Positions 13,322 to 26,180 of a stretch of 64,000 nt of DNA are shown here, piece after piece. The DNA comes from Octopus bimaculoides (lineage: Eukaryota): NCBI RefSeq assembly GCF_001194135.2, contig NC_068989.1, positions 29,133,030-29,197,029 of the forward strand, given 5' to 3'. The position numbers and the translations under genes are program-made. The stretch's first letter is position 1, and the number at the start of each line of letters is the position of its first letter. The notes under the pieces are model-generated. The model searched no databases. It saw only the letters and a list, made by a program, of their open reading frames with translations, and was not told the origin of the DNA.

Positions 13322-13695
13322 NNNNNNNNNNNNNNNNNNNNNNNNNNNNNNNNNNNNNNNNNNNNNNNNNNNNNNNNNNNNNNNNNNNNNNNNNNNNNNN
13401 NNNNNNNNNNNNNNNNNNNNNNNNNNNNNNNNNNNNNNNNNNNNNNNNNNNNNNNNNNNNNNNNNNNNNNNNNNNNNNNNNNNNNNNNNNNNNNNNNNNN
13501 NNNNNNNNNNNNNNNNNNNNNNNNNNNNNNNNNNNNNNNNNNNNNNNNNNNNNNNNNNNNNNNNNNNNNNNNNNNNNNNNNNNNNNNNNNNNNNNNNNNN
13601 NNNNNNNNNNNNNNNNNNNNNNNNNNNNNNNNNNNNNNNNNNNNNNNNNNNNNNNNNNNNNNNNNNNNNNNNNNNNNNNNNNNNNNNNNNNNNNN
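13322..13695. other. Assembly gap (largest; others at 14362-14622, 15998-16212, 17391-17490, 35235-35284, 44234-44354, 46098-46392, 54215-54224)
   Basis: N-runs, mostly bordered by (TA)n or (CA)n. Confidence 0.99.
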
Positions 13696-13739
13696 TAAGC
13701 AATAAGAATATATTGCTAAAATGAATGTTTACATTCTAA

Positions 13740-14075
13740 GGTGGCGAACTGCTAGACACGTTAGCACGCAGGGTGAAATGCTTAGCGGTATTTCGCCTGC
13801 CATTACGTTCTGAGTTTGAATTCCGCCAAGGTCAACTTTGCCTTACATCCTTTCGGGGTCGATAAATTAAGTACCAGTTATGCACTGAGGTCGATGTAAT
13901 CGACTTAATCAGTTTGTCTGTCCTTGTTTGTCCCCTCTATGTTTAGCCCCTTGTGGGCAATAAAGAAATAAGAAAACGTTAGCGCGTCAGGCAAAATGCT
14001 TACCAGTATTTCGCCTGTGTTTACATTTTGAGTTCAAATTCTGCTGAGGTTGACTTTGCCTTTTATCAATTTCGG
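13740..14075 (+). mobile_element. Meta-like SINE followed by a second partial copy in tandem
   Basis: Full copy 13740-13972, then a restart at aagaaaacgttagcgcgtcaggc..gagttcaaatt. Confidence 0.75.
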
Positions 14076-14316
14076 ATCTATTCAATTCGATGTACAGATT
14101 ATTTAATTAATTTTTTAAAACTAAACACTTTGAAACTTCTGATACTGGTACAATATGTCACATACAACAAGGTTTACTCTTAACATTTTTGACAAAATTT
14201 TGTATTTTAGAAGTTATTTTGTCACAAGTTACAAAGTGACAATGGACAAATTCATGTTTGATAAGTGCCAATACACGAAACTCTCAGCTTTTGACTTACT
14301 CTCTAACTTCTGCCGA

Positions 14317-14361
<45 letters not shown>

Positions 14362-14622
14362 NNNNNNNNNNNNNNNNNNNNNNNNNNNNNNNNNNNNNNN
14401 NNNNNNNNNNNNNNNNNNNNNNNNNNNNNNNNNNNNNNNNNNNNNNNNNNNNNNNNNNNNNNNNNNNNNNNNNNNNNNNNNNNNNNNNNNNNNNNNNNNN
14501 NNNNNNNNNNNNNNNNNNNNNNNNNNNNNNNNNNNNNNNNNNNNNNNNNNNNNNNNNNNNNNNNNNNNNNNNNNNNNNNNNNNNNNNNNNNNNNNNNNNN
14601 NNNNNNNNNNNNNNNNNNNNNN

Positions 14623-14666
<44 letters not shown>

Positions 14667-15611
14667 CATATTATACTTATATGTGTAAAAAAAATCTCAT
14701 CACGCAATCAAACTAATGAAAGAGCCTCTACCTCGTTGCTCCTTGACACGCTAAAAATAACAGCCAATGTATCCCCCTACCTAAGTCACACACCCACTGT
14801 ACGTAAAGTCCTACATTATCTCTAAAAAGATAGTTTGCTGAAAACTGGAATGTCTTTGATGATAGGTTTGCTGTATCAAGGTTGATTTGAGTCTAAATAA
14901 CAACAACATTATGGTAAATTTCTATATTAATACCCGCACGATTTTCACTAAGAAAAAGAAGCAAAAAATTGGATTCATTCGGTGGAATCAAGTACCCTGA
15001 CCTCCTAAAATGCTGCAAATCCCTTATTTTGCTTAGGAAAAAATGTGGGTGAGGCAAGGGGGTATCCCCTCACCCCAGGAATCATTGGAATTTTTTTCGT
15101 TGAATAAATTCCTGCAATCTCCTAATATGCAACAAAACCCTTTGTGGATGGGTAATATCAAATAATTCAATCACAACATATATTTAAATTAAGCATGAAA
15201 AAAATTGAAATATTATCAAATTTAAATATTAGAAATTATTTTATTATAGCTTACAAATAACACTATACTTATTTAAGTAGAATTTGGCTAATTTACTACC
15301 TTAAATACAGAGAAAAAGTGACTAATTAGACAAACTTACAAATTTGCTGAATAGTTTTGTACAATAAATTTAAAAGATAAGAACTGTAAAGAGCAATAAA
15401 TTAGAAGAACTGGCATTCTTTGCTGCAATATTTTAAGTAAAATGTTTCTTATTCTTTACTTTACTAGAAGTAATAGCTTGTCCTATACTTTTACAGGTAG
15501 AATAACATGTCCTGCACTTTTCCAGGTTTATAATCTTAAGAATATTACATTTCATGCTCGCATTTTTCCATGTAACATATATTATGTATAATATATATAT
15601 ATATATATATC

Positions 15612-15997
15612 AGCTTGCGAAGACCTGTTGGGGCAAGCGAAAGCGAAATCGTGATGGCACTTGTGCCTAGCGTCACCTTCCTGGCACTTGTGCTGGTGGC
15701 ACGTGTAAAGACATTCGAGCGAGATCGTTGTCAGTGCTGCCGGACTGGCTCCTGTGCAGGTGGCATGTAAAATACACCATTTTAAGCATGGCCGTTGCCA
15801 GTACCGCCTGACTGGCCTTCGTGCCGGTGGCACATAAAAGCACCTACTAAACTCTCGGAGTGGTTGGCATTAGGAAGGGCATCCAGCTGTAGAAACTCTG
15901 CTAAATCAGATTGGAGCCTGGTGTAGCCATCTAGTTCACCAGTCCTCAGTCAAATCGTCCAACTCATGCTAGCATGGCAAGCAGACATTAAACGATG
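15612..15997 (+). mobile_element. RTE 3' UTR copy inserted in a (TA)n run
   Basis: Matches 55320-55710; preceded by (TA)n and ends acgatg at an N-gap. Confidence 0.85.
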
Positions 15998-16212
15998 NNN
16001 NNNNNNNNNNNNNNNNNNNNNNNNNNNNNNNNNNNNNNNNNNNNNNNNNNNNNNNNNNNNNNNNNNNNNNNNNNNNNNNNNNNNNNNNNNNNNNNNNNNN
16101 NNNNNNNNNNNNNNNNNNNNNNNNNNNNNNNNNNNNNNNNNNNNNNNNNNNNNNNNNNNNNNNNNNNNNNNNNNNNNNNNNNNNNNNNNNNNNNNNNNNN
16201 NNNNNNNNNNNN

Positions 16213-16257
<45 letters not shown>

Positions 16258-16261
16258 ACAT

Positions 16262-16565
16262 ACATCATCATCGTTTAACATCCATTTTCCATGGGTTGAA
16301 TATTTCGACCGGGGTCTGGGAAGCCAGGAGGCTGCGCCAGGCTCCAGTCTGGTAGTGTTTCTACAGCTGGATGCCCTACCTAATGCTAACTACTCCGTGA
16401 GTGTAGTGCGTGCTTTTTATGTGCCACCGGCACAGGGGCCTGCAGAGGCTGGCAATGGTCATGATCGGTTGGTACTTTTTATGTGCCACCGGCATGGAAG
16501 CCAGTCAAGGCAGCACTGGCATCAGCCAAGTTCGGATGATGCTCTTTACGTGCCACCAGCACGAG
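16262..16565 (-). mobile_element. RTE 3' UTR copy, inverted relative to 15612-15997
   Basis: Starts catcatcatcgtttaacatcc (reverse of the GAT tail) and contains ctacagctggatgccc. Confidence 0.8.
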
Positions 16566-16679
16566 TATTATAACTACAATTTCTATTGATCTTTATTTTG
16601 ATTGATACATACATGCATGCATGCATGCATGCATGCATGCATACATACATACATACATACATACATACATAGACATATA

Positions 16680-17340
16680 TATTAAGTCAAGTATGAAATT
16701 TGTAGAAAAGAACAAAGTTTACTAATGTTTTATAAATACAAAGAATAGTTTCATTCATCAAAGTATGCACCCATGTTGTCAATACACTTTTGCCATTTCA
16801 GTGGTAGCTTGTCCAGCCTCAAACTGTAAAAGCCTGGCAATTTAGAGTCAATAAAATCTTGGAAGGCCTGCTTTACAGCATCGTCAGAATTAAATTGTTT
16901 CCCTATCAAAAAGTTATCCAAATTCTGGAAGAAGTGGTTGTCAGTGACGGCAAGATCAAGTGAGTATGGTGGATGATGGAGAACTTCCAGCTCCAACTCC
17001 TGTAGCTTTGACTATGTCATTTTTGCCATGTGTGGTCTGGCGTTGTCTAGCAATAAAATAGGAGTGGATCTGTTGACTAATCTAGGCTGTTTTTTTATAA
17101 GTTTCTGTATCATTTGGTCCAGTTGGCTGCAGTATACTTCGACCATGATTGATGAGGAAGGTTTAATGAAATCATAATGAATCACACCTGTGCCAAACCA
17201 CGAAACACACACCCTCAGCTTCTTTTGATGAATTTTGCTTTTTGGACTTTGTTTTGAAATACAGGTACTACACATTTTTGCCAGCTGAGTGAACTGCAGG
17301 AACGTGAAATAAAGTGTCTTGCTCAAGAAGGTTTCAGCAG
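16680..17340 (-). mobile_element. Mariner transposase C-terminal half
   Basis: ORFs contain GVIHYDF..ILLLDNARPH and HPPYSLDLAVTDNHFFQNLDNFL..KWQKCIDNMGAYFDE (D,D34D mariner). Confidence 0.9.
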
Positions 17341-17341
17341 G

Positions 17342-17390
<49 letters not shown>

Positions 17391-17883
17391 NNNNNNNNNN
17401 NNNNNNNNNNNNNNNNNNNNNNNNNNNNNNNNNNNNNNNNNNNNNNNNNNNNNNNNNNNNNNNNNNNNNNNNNNNNNNNNNNNNNNNNNNTGAGGATCTT
17501 TAAATTGGCCAAAAGAGATCGGATGGTCATGTTGGAATGCAGGTGTATTGTGACTGAAGAAAAATAAGGAAGTGAATAATATGAAGGTCCCTGATGTATT
17601 TTATCGAAGTAATTTGATCACCCCTGCCTCCACACTTTTTTATTCACATATTTAGTTATTATTTGAATCCCTTGACTTATAAGTCATTATTTTTAGTTGA
17701 AACAAAATAAAAGCTCTAATTTGCATTTTGAATCAGGAGTGGCCTTCAGCTAAACAACAATGTGCAAAAACATAACCTCAGGCCTTGCCTTTCCAGGTAT
17801 ACTCCCTCCTTTGCCACCAAATTCTAACACGTGTATGTACAAGTAGGAATTCACAAACATGTGCACGCACACGCGCGTGCGCA

Positions 17884-17920
<37 letters not shown>

Positions 17921-18254
17921 GTTGATCTACATACATTTGTATTTTCAAACATATAGTTAAAAATACAGGGAATTCTTTAAACCAAAAGAGATTTTAAGAA
18001 CTAGCAATATAACCATCCCCAGCACACACAATAGAGTTGAGACATGAACTAGTGAGAGAGACAGACAGACAGGAGGAGGTAGAGGCTGACTGTCGCCTAT
18101 AGATAGATACATCAATGATGACTCACTCAATACAATAACAAACATCAAACCACAGAACTTTGATGAGTGGCTGAAGCTGTTGCTGGTGGCAAAGAAATGT
18201 TAGACATAATAATAATGACAACCATCATTGCCATCATCATTATCAACAACAAAA

Positions 18255-18460
18255 ACGTGGTGAGCAGAATCGTAAGCATGCTGGATGAAAAGGTTAAGGG
18301 CATTTTGTCTTTACATTCTGTGTTCATATTCTGCAGAGGTTGACTTCGCCTGTCATCCTTTCAAGGTTGAAAGAAGTACCAGCCGAGTACTAGGGTTGAT
18401 GTAATTGACTAAACCCCATCTAAAAATATTGGCTTTGGGTCAAAATTAGGAAGAAGTGTT
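18255..18460 (+). mobile_element. Degenerate Meta-like SINE
   Basis: agcagaatcgtaagcatgc..gttgacttcgcctgtcatcctttc..aagtaccag. Confidence 0.6.
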
Positions 18461-19097
18461 ATTATTCAATAAGAAATAAATATCTACATACATGCATTTA
18501 TAACGATTAGCAGCTTATTGAGTAATTTAAAATTAACCATCAAAACATCAGCAATGAAATCAATGATAAATGAACATGCTGTTATTTGCTTTATTGAAAT
18601 GGAGGACTTCACTGAAGGCTTCCACCGACTTATTTAGTACAAACAATATTGAATTACAAGTTATCATTAGGGCTTGTTTTGACACCAAGACAATGTTTTT
18701 CATATTCTGAATTTTGGACAGTACAACATGCATTCATTTTTAACACAAAACTGCACAACATATAACTTTTTAAACTCCAGTCTGTATACTGCTTAAAAAA
18801 AAAAAACTCAAGACAGTGTTCCAAATATCCTTTTTAATTTGAAACAGGACCCCACACATGAATTCAGGACAGATGCAAAACATGATATAAATCAATGTAA
18901 AGTTTGCCAAAATTGTTCACATCATGGTTGGACAATTTTCAAGTCTAATACAATGATAAACACAAAAAACAAAAATTACATAAATAATTTAAAATCAAAA
19001 AGCTGGAAGGAAGATGCACCTGCATGTGCATAAATATATGCATGGACACAAACATGTGCATGCAGACTAGAATTTTAAAATAAGCAACATATCTAAC

Positions 19098-19191
19098 CTG
19101 TGACTGGTAGGAATACAAGATACTTTGTCTTGTACAATTCCATATTGGCAAGAGTTACACAATATTTATACTCCATCAAAACATTATCCAT
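19098..19191 (-). CDS. Candidate alternative first coding exon of PHACTR (unproven)
   Basis: agaaaATGG start context; 31 codons + 1 nt (MDNVLMEYKYCVTLANMELYKTKYLVFLPVT); ends CAG|gttaga in phase 1, compatible with exon 6399-6554. No homology recognised and the donor is only moderate. Confidence 0.3.
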
Positions 19192-19675
19192 TTTCTTATG
19201 TACATGTTGCATAGAGACAGTTTGTTTGGGAAAAGTATGTTGATTTGTGTGTGTGTGTGTGTGTGTGCACACAAAGAAAAACTAAACTGTAGATCGTGAG
19301 TTGACAACAGTACAATAAAAATTAACAACTACAAAAACACAAGGGAATGATGAAAGTACTATTGTAGTGATAGTACCAATGAGAAGAAAACTGTTTACAC
19401 AGAGATGACAGAAGAATCAATCATATTAAAAGGAGCCAGTGGATCCAGAAGGCAATTATTCTTTGATCAGACTGTATTTTCAACCAGAAATAACAACAAA
19501 GGTGTTTTTGTTAATGGACTGCAACAAAGTAGCTTTGCTTCCAAATATATTATTAGAGAGAAAAGTGTGGGGCAATTTACAATCAGCTTGTTATCATTGT
19601 CAGTTTATAGAAAGAGAAGGAACAGCGGCATCAAATGTAGGGGCAGTAGCAGCAGCAATGGTAGTGGCAACGATT

Positions 19676-19724
<49 letters not shown>

Positions 19725-22439
19725 CAGCAGCAGCAGCAACAATACTAGCTGCACATAAGGCAACAGAAGTAGAAGCTTTAATAACAGCCAGCTACACATG
19801 TAATCAATAAATCAATTCTGAGAAAGAATGTGGGGTGCATACAGATGCAATGTTGCTAGAGAAGGTAGTGGTGATGAAGAATCTAGTGTAATTTCATATA
19901 AGTAACCTGACAGAACACTTTATACACACAGCACCCACTCCCTCGTCTACCTTTATTCATTACTTGTCTGTGTGTTCTTTCACATCAAAGCAAATGAGTG
20001 GACAGATACATTTAGGTGTGCATGTGTGTATACATGTACACTCACACTTATGTACATATGCATTCTCACACACACTTGCATGCACATGTACACTCACACT
20101 TGAGTGCACATGCATTCTCACATGTGTTATATGTTTATTATGTATTTCATGAGGAAGCAGGCTGCTCAACCTGTTAGTAATAGCAGCCAAATATCCCTCA
20201 AACTACATTCTACACTCTTAAAAAAACAGGGCCAAAGTAAGTAAACTTAATAGACACTATGTCTGAAGAAAAATATAATGGAATGGCCTAGGCTAGATAG
20301 CCTTTGATCATAAGTTAACACAATTATAAAAAACCTGTGGCTAAAATAACAAAAAAATTGTTTTAACCTAACTTTTGCAATAATAACTTTATAAATGGAG
20401 TACTTACTATTACTAATCATCAACTATTAATTCAAAAATTATTTTTGTTTTTAATTGACACTTTTGATCAAGGCCATGATTACTTCACCTTTCAGTATTC
20501 CAGAGTACTGGCACTTATGAATCTACTGTACCATAAAAAGAAGTGCCCTAGTCCAATGTCTGAAACCAGGAAAAGAATGAAGGGAAAATCAAAACTAGCC
20601 TTATATTTTAACAGCAACAAATAATCTGTTGTGGTGACATTACTGCTTTTTACAAAAACATTAGCAGTGGATTTTCAGTGGATTCAATGGAAAATTACAA
20701 ACAATTTGTCGATTCAGCTCAGAAGAGCTTAGTTAAAGTGCACACCATACATACACATGTGACAATATTGATTGACACTAAAAAGTTATAAAATGATAAT
20801 GATAATGGTATTTGACTTCAGCATTACTTATGATAAAACCAAATGATATAGATAACTGACAATTAACTTTGACAAGCAAGGTATTAAATACAACTTTGGA
20901 GAGGACCAACCTACTGATCAGAAAGCAGCTTGGGTGATATTTAACAAAAAACTGCAGCAGGCTCCGACAGATTTTAGAATAAAGTAAAGGTATATTTGAT
21001 ACATTTCTATTTCTCCTTAAAAATTTTGATTCAACTAAAGGCAGGGGAACAAATGTGTATATTGGTTTAGAATTTTTCCTAGCTCTTATATAATATTTTA
21101 CTCCTTTCTCTGGGTTGCCTTATGAATACTTATTTACAAAAAATAAAGAATATTTATATAAAAATAACTAATATAAGGAGTGTGCAACAAGCTGCAGTTA
21201 AGTGTGAAGTGGAAAAGTATCCAGAATAAATCACTTAAAAATTGATCATGACTGAAGACGAGAAAATGCTTCTGTCTTATATTGAGTCATTATATAAATT
21301 AATGGTAATTACTAGTTTAATCTACCCAATTTGGAGTAGTTCTGTATCATCAATGTCTTTAGGCAAAGTTGCATGATGTCATCAATCTTCCTTTTTACAA
21401 TAAATACTGATTTTTACACAGAATTGGAGGGTATACAAAAAGGAATAACAAAAACAAAGGAATTTCAACATCTCGATTTTGATGATGACCCATTTCTTGC
21501 CTATAAAGATAGAGAAGATGTACCCTTATAACTGAATATGAGATTGAACAGGAATATGACTAAATGACAATAAAAGAAAAAGACAAGTAAGTGTTAGACT
21601 CCAGTAGTGTTTTTTAGACATCCAGCAAAATAGAGAAAAAGTTGCCATAATAATGTTCTTTTATACTTAACTTTCTGGGTAAGTCACATAGAAAAACACA
21701 AGGAGAAATTTACACTGGTTTAAGAAAACCATGAACTTTACAGTGCTCAGAAATCACTGAACTGTTGAAGACATCCAGAGGCTAGGTGTTGGAGTCTCTG
21801 ACACACTTCCACAATTTCCATCTACCAAATTTCCCTCATAAAGTTTTGGTTGACCCAAAGGTATGATAGAAGACACCAAGATGCAAACATCAGAATTAAA
21901 CTGTAGCCCCAAAATATAAAGGTCAAAAAGTTTAATTTCCATCTAAAACTCAAATTCTGTGACTTAGATGTAGATTAATGGAGCATGAATAAAATCTATG
22001 AAAAGTGTTTTGACAATATTTACAAGAAATGATAGAAAGGCTTTCATCACAAATGAATAAATTTGATCAAGACCAGACCAACAGTTATCATTTAACACCA
22101 TTTTTACAAACAACTACTATATAGTTGGGTCCCTGTCTCACAGATTTCAAAAGTATTTGTGTTTTCTTTAAAGTCAGTTTTTCCTGGCTAGTATGATTTA
22201 GATGAGATAAAATTTAAGGCAGGATTTTTATGGCCAACTAAATAAAAAAAGTTCCTTACCCACTTATCAAGAAAGGGACTCTTTATTCCAGAGGAATTCA
22301 AAAACAGAGAGCTGGTGGACAATTTATTAATAGGGAACAACAACTAGGGTCACACACTGCAGTCCAACCATAACAAGTGACTTTACTATCCATAGCTGTA
22401 GTTCAGCAGAGTTTTGTAAACATTTTCACACACACACAC

Positions 22440-22590
22440 TTTAAGCGCCTTTCAGTCTCTGTCTACCAAATTCCCTCACAAGACAGTGGTTGGCCTGAGG
22501 CTATAGTAGAAAACTCTTGCCTAAGGTGCCATTCTGTGAAACTGAACCCAAAGCTATGTGGATGAGAAGTAGATTTCTTAATTGCTCAAC
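22440..22590 (-). mobile_element. CORE-like SINE
   Basis: ctttcagtctctgtctaccaaat..gctatagtagaa..cctaaggtgcc..actgaaccc. Confidence 0.7.
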
Positions 22591-24689
22591 TGTACTTGCA
22601 CCTACAGCAGGAGAAGGGAGGAAGAATGGTAATGTTCTTGACCTTTGCAAAATCAAGTTGTCTTATTGGAGGCTTCAGAATGAACTGGATGTAAAAAAAA
22701 AATTTAAAAAAAAGTGTTACATTGCTGAACGTCCACTGAAAAACTTTTTCATGTGTCTTTAGACAAAGTAAGATGGTCACTGGTGATTGTTTTAGAAATA
22801 TCATGTTATAAATGTAGCCAATATAAAACATGAAAGACACTACTGGGGTGCCAAAGTAAGCAATCATTAAAAAAAAACCCTATCATCATGTAAGAAATAT
22901 AACTCGAAAACAAGCCTATTACTTAGGCTATTTGGCACTGTGTGTCCCAGTTGCATATTTAAGGGTAAGACCTTAATTTGAGGTATTTAACATTCACCAC
23001 AAGAATATTTACAGAAACAGTTGAAAGCTAAGACCATAGCTTCAACATAGGGATTTTTCAGGTGAAGTGTTAGTAGAATTAGGACAAACTTTCTCGCAGG
23101 ATGCATAATTCAACTATAATAACAGTAACATAGGGATGCTTTACCTTTCCAGTACAAATATCATTATGAAAATTAAACCGTAAAAAAAAAAAAAAGAACC
23201 TCTCAGCTGAATATATGAAGAAAGGTTGGTTGTTGTTTTTAAAACAACAAGTTTCTAGTTTAAAAACAGTCAATAGACAAAGGTTTGGTCAATTTCACTG
23301 TGGACAATGAATAGAGAAAAGAGATCAGACTATTATGAATTCTGCTACAAAAAGAAAAAGATGTATATAGAAGCAGGACACAATTATGTCAATCTCATAC
23401 TCCAAAATACAAAATTTCGTACCTAAAACCATGAGATGCTCAATAGTGAAGAAATCTAAACTATGATGGAGCTCTACGAACCCTTGTAATATAGATCAAG
23501 TTATTCAGTTTGGAAACTTAATAGAACTGTAATGGAATTAAATGTATGACTTAAATATTTAACGATACATATAACTAATACTAAAGCAAACAAACTGATT
23601 CTTAATAATAATTATTGACATAATTGATTCAATGGTATAAAATATACAATACAACAAGTGAAGGAAAAAAACTAGTCGATATTCTGTAAGTGTAGCATGT
23701 ATTAGATGTCAAAACAGGACATATTTTTAAAGAAGACAATATATTTAGTGAATAATGTTAGTTAATGAGTGACAGATATATATGATTGAACCAATCAATT
23801 AATACAATGCTGAAATATTATACATGCTCAGAAGGCATTGAATGCTTAATTTCTTTGGAGTTGAATAGCAATATTGGGAAAGCAGTGGGAGGGGGGACAA
23901 AAACCTGAAATACTTATGAAATAACATAATTCAGAAATATACAGACTATTAATAAAAGTTAAATTTAAAGACAGAGTTATGTTTTACATTTGTCTATGTT
24001 AACTCTTTTCTTACCATTCTGTTTCTGTTCATTTGGAAAATAATGAAGAATTTCACAAAATAACTTTGTTCTTGTTAACCAGTTATTAGGAACATTAATT
24101 AACAAAAAATTTTCATGAAAGTTTTGAATGTAGATCAGTTTAAATCAGGAAGTTTGTATTATTAAGTCAGGAGTGACCTAACATGGGTTAGTATCAAACA
24201 GGTTAACATGCTAGCAAAGGTTGAAAGGATCATCTACATTTGCTTGACATGTGCAGAAAGTATTTTTATGATCTTATTCATGTTACTAAAAGAAAATAAA
24301 AGCTGCATAATTTCTCAAGTGTTTCAAAGAATTTACATGAATCTAATTTTGTACACAAGTACAATTTTGATACTATTAGCCAGTTACAAAAAATGTTTCC
24401 ACACAAAATTCAAATCTAGTCAATAGCTATAGGCTTGTTAAGATTTTGAAGATTTTGTCAAGTTTCACTACTACTAATGAACTTTGAAGTTACTTCCTGT
24501 AATTATTAGTAAATGTTGTTATTAGCAATAAGATGTATGGAATAAAAGAGACATGAATATCATCATAGAGTATGTGTGATGGTGGCGGTGGAATGGAACA
24601 GACCTGAAAAGTTTTGAATAATTTTTGGTAAAAAAACTTTTGATAAAAAGCACCCTTCAATCGTTGGGTGATATGCTGTGCTTGTGAAG

Positions 24690-25065
24690 ACATGTCAAGC
24701 CAAGTGAAATCAGAGTCATGGCCAATGCCACTGTCATCTGACTGGCACCTCTGCCGGTGGCACATAAAAAAAGAACCATCCAAGCATTGGGCATTCATGG
24801 AGGCAATGACAGGTGACTGAGATCTTTGGCAATATACTGTGCTTGTGTAGACCTGTCAAGCCAAGTGAGATCAGAGTCATAGCTGATGCTGGTGTCACAT
24901 CAGTTGCACCCATGCTGGTGGCATGTAAAAAGCATCCACTACACTCTCAGAGTGGTTGGCATTAGGAAGGGCATCAAGCTGTAGAAACATTGCCAAATTG
25001 GATTACAGCCTGGTGCAGCTCCCTGGCTTACCAGTTTTCAGTCAAACGATGATGATGACGACGAT
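24690..25065 (+). mobile_element. RTE 3' UTR copy of a divergent subfamily
   Basis: gagtggttggcattaggaagggcatc..gatgatgatg tail, with an internal ~160-bp duplicated unit. Confidence 0.75.
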
Positions 25066-26044
25066 ACAATGTCGTAAGTTGAAAGAAACTCTACAGGTTA
25101 GAAATGGTTTATTTATCTACCTAGCTAGCTAGAGAAAGAGAATAAATCATTCAAGTTTAGCATTATAATATATATTCATACACCAGCAGGCTTAAACCAT
25201 TGAAAATAGCTTGAATGGTAATTTGATAAATGTATAAAAATTGGAAATATTTACGGTGTGTAACATGTAAAAGAATAGACAAAGTACTTTATTCTTTAAT
25301 AAAGATTCTTCCAACTGACTAGAAGCAAGGTTTCTTTACAAGCCCATATTGTCTTTAAGAAACAGTCTCTAATAAGTGGTATGCATCAATTAATTAAACA
25401 CATAATACTATTGTTGCTCTGTAACAATCACTTGAGTCGCTCCATTTGACATCAAGGATTCAACAAACACACACAACCATTTTCAGCACTCATTCAAATT
25501 AATTAAAAAAACAATTGTATTCGTCTCATAATTAATTTCTCCTGTTCCTATTGAATTGATCAAATGTAAGCCTCAAGCTTATAATAACCTTTCATCAGCC
25601 ATCAAATGTAAATTCTGGAATCTAATTTAGTTGAAATCATGCCCCACCACCCACCCACCTACCCACCTCAACAGTAAAGTCACTCTAAACTGACATGAAT
25701 ACAAGTGAGTACTAAACTCAATCCAGCTAAGATCAGAACAGAAACTACTTTTAGACAGTAGAATGTGCCAAACTAATTTATGAAAAATATAACCTAAGCT
25801 GGAGAGGAAAACAATGCATATCTTTTTCTTTTATTTTTTTACAGTCATTGAGATGCACTCACACTAGGGCACTGCTTTGAAGAGCTTAGTTGAAAAAATT
25901 AACCCAAGTACTTATTTTTTTAAAGTCTGATACTTTATTCTATTGGTACTTTTTACTGAATCGTTAAGATACAGGAATATAAACAAACCAAAAGTGGTAA
26001 AGGGGACAAATGCAAACAAAAAAGACACATTTAGATATATGACA

Positions 26045-26180
26045 AACTTCTGTAGAGTTTCTGCCCACTAAATTGGTCAGCCTGGGGCTATAGTAGAAAA
26101 CATGTCACACACTGGAATTGAACATGAAACCCGTGTGCTTGCAAAGTGAGCTTCTTAAACACAAAACTATGTCTGTGCCC
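26045..26180 (-). mobile_element. Degenerate CORE-like SINE
   Basis: gggctatagtagaa..ttgaacatgaaacc..cttcttaaacaca. Confidence 0.55.

Noticed and set aside
13279-17567. Many ORF-track entries of X, YI, CV or HT runs (also near 8.4, 28, 39.3, 42.2, 44.2, 46, 52.4 and 55.7 kb)
   Set aside because: They are translations of N-gaps and dinucleotide microsatellites, not genes.
19405-19810. ORFs with poly-Ser/Val/Leu
   Set aside because: Their length comes from the (AGT)n/(AGC)n tract; no recognisable domain.
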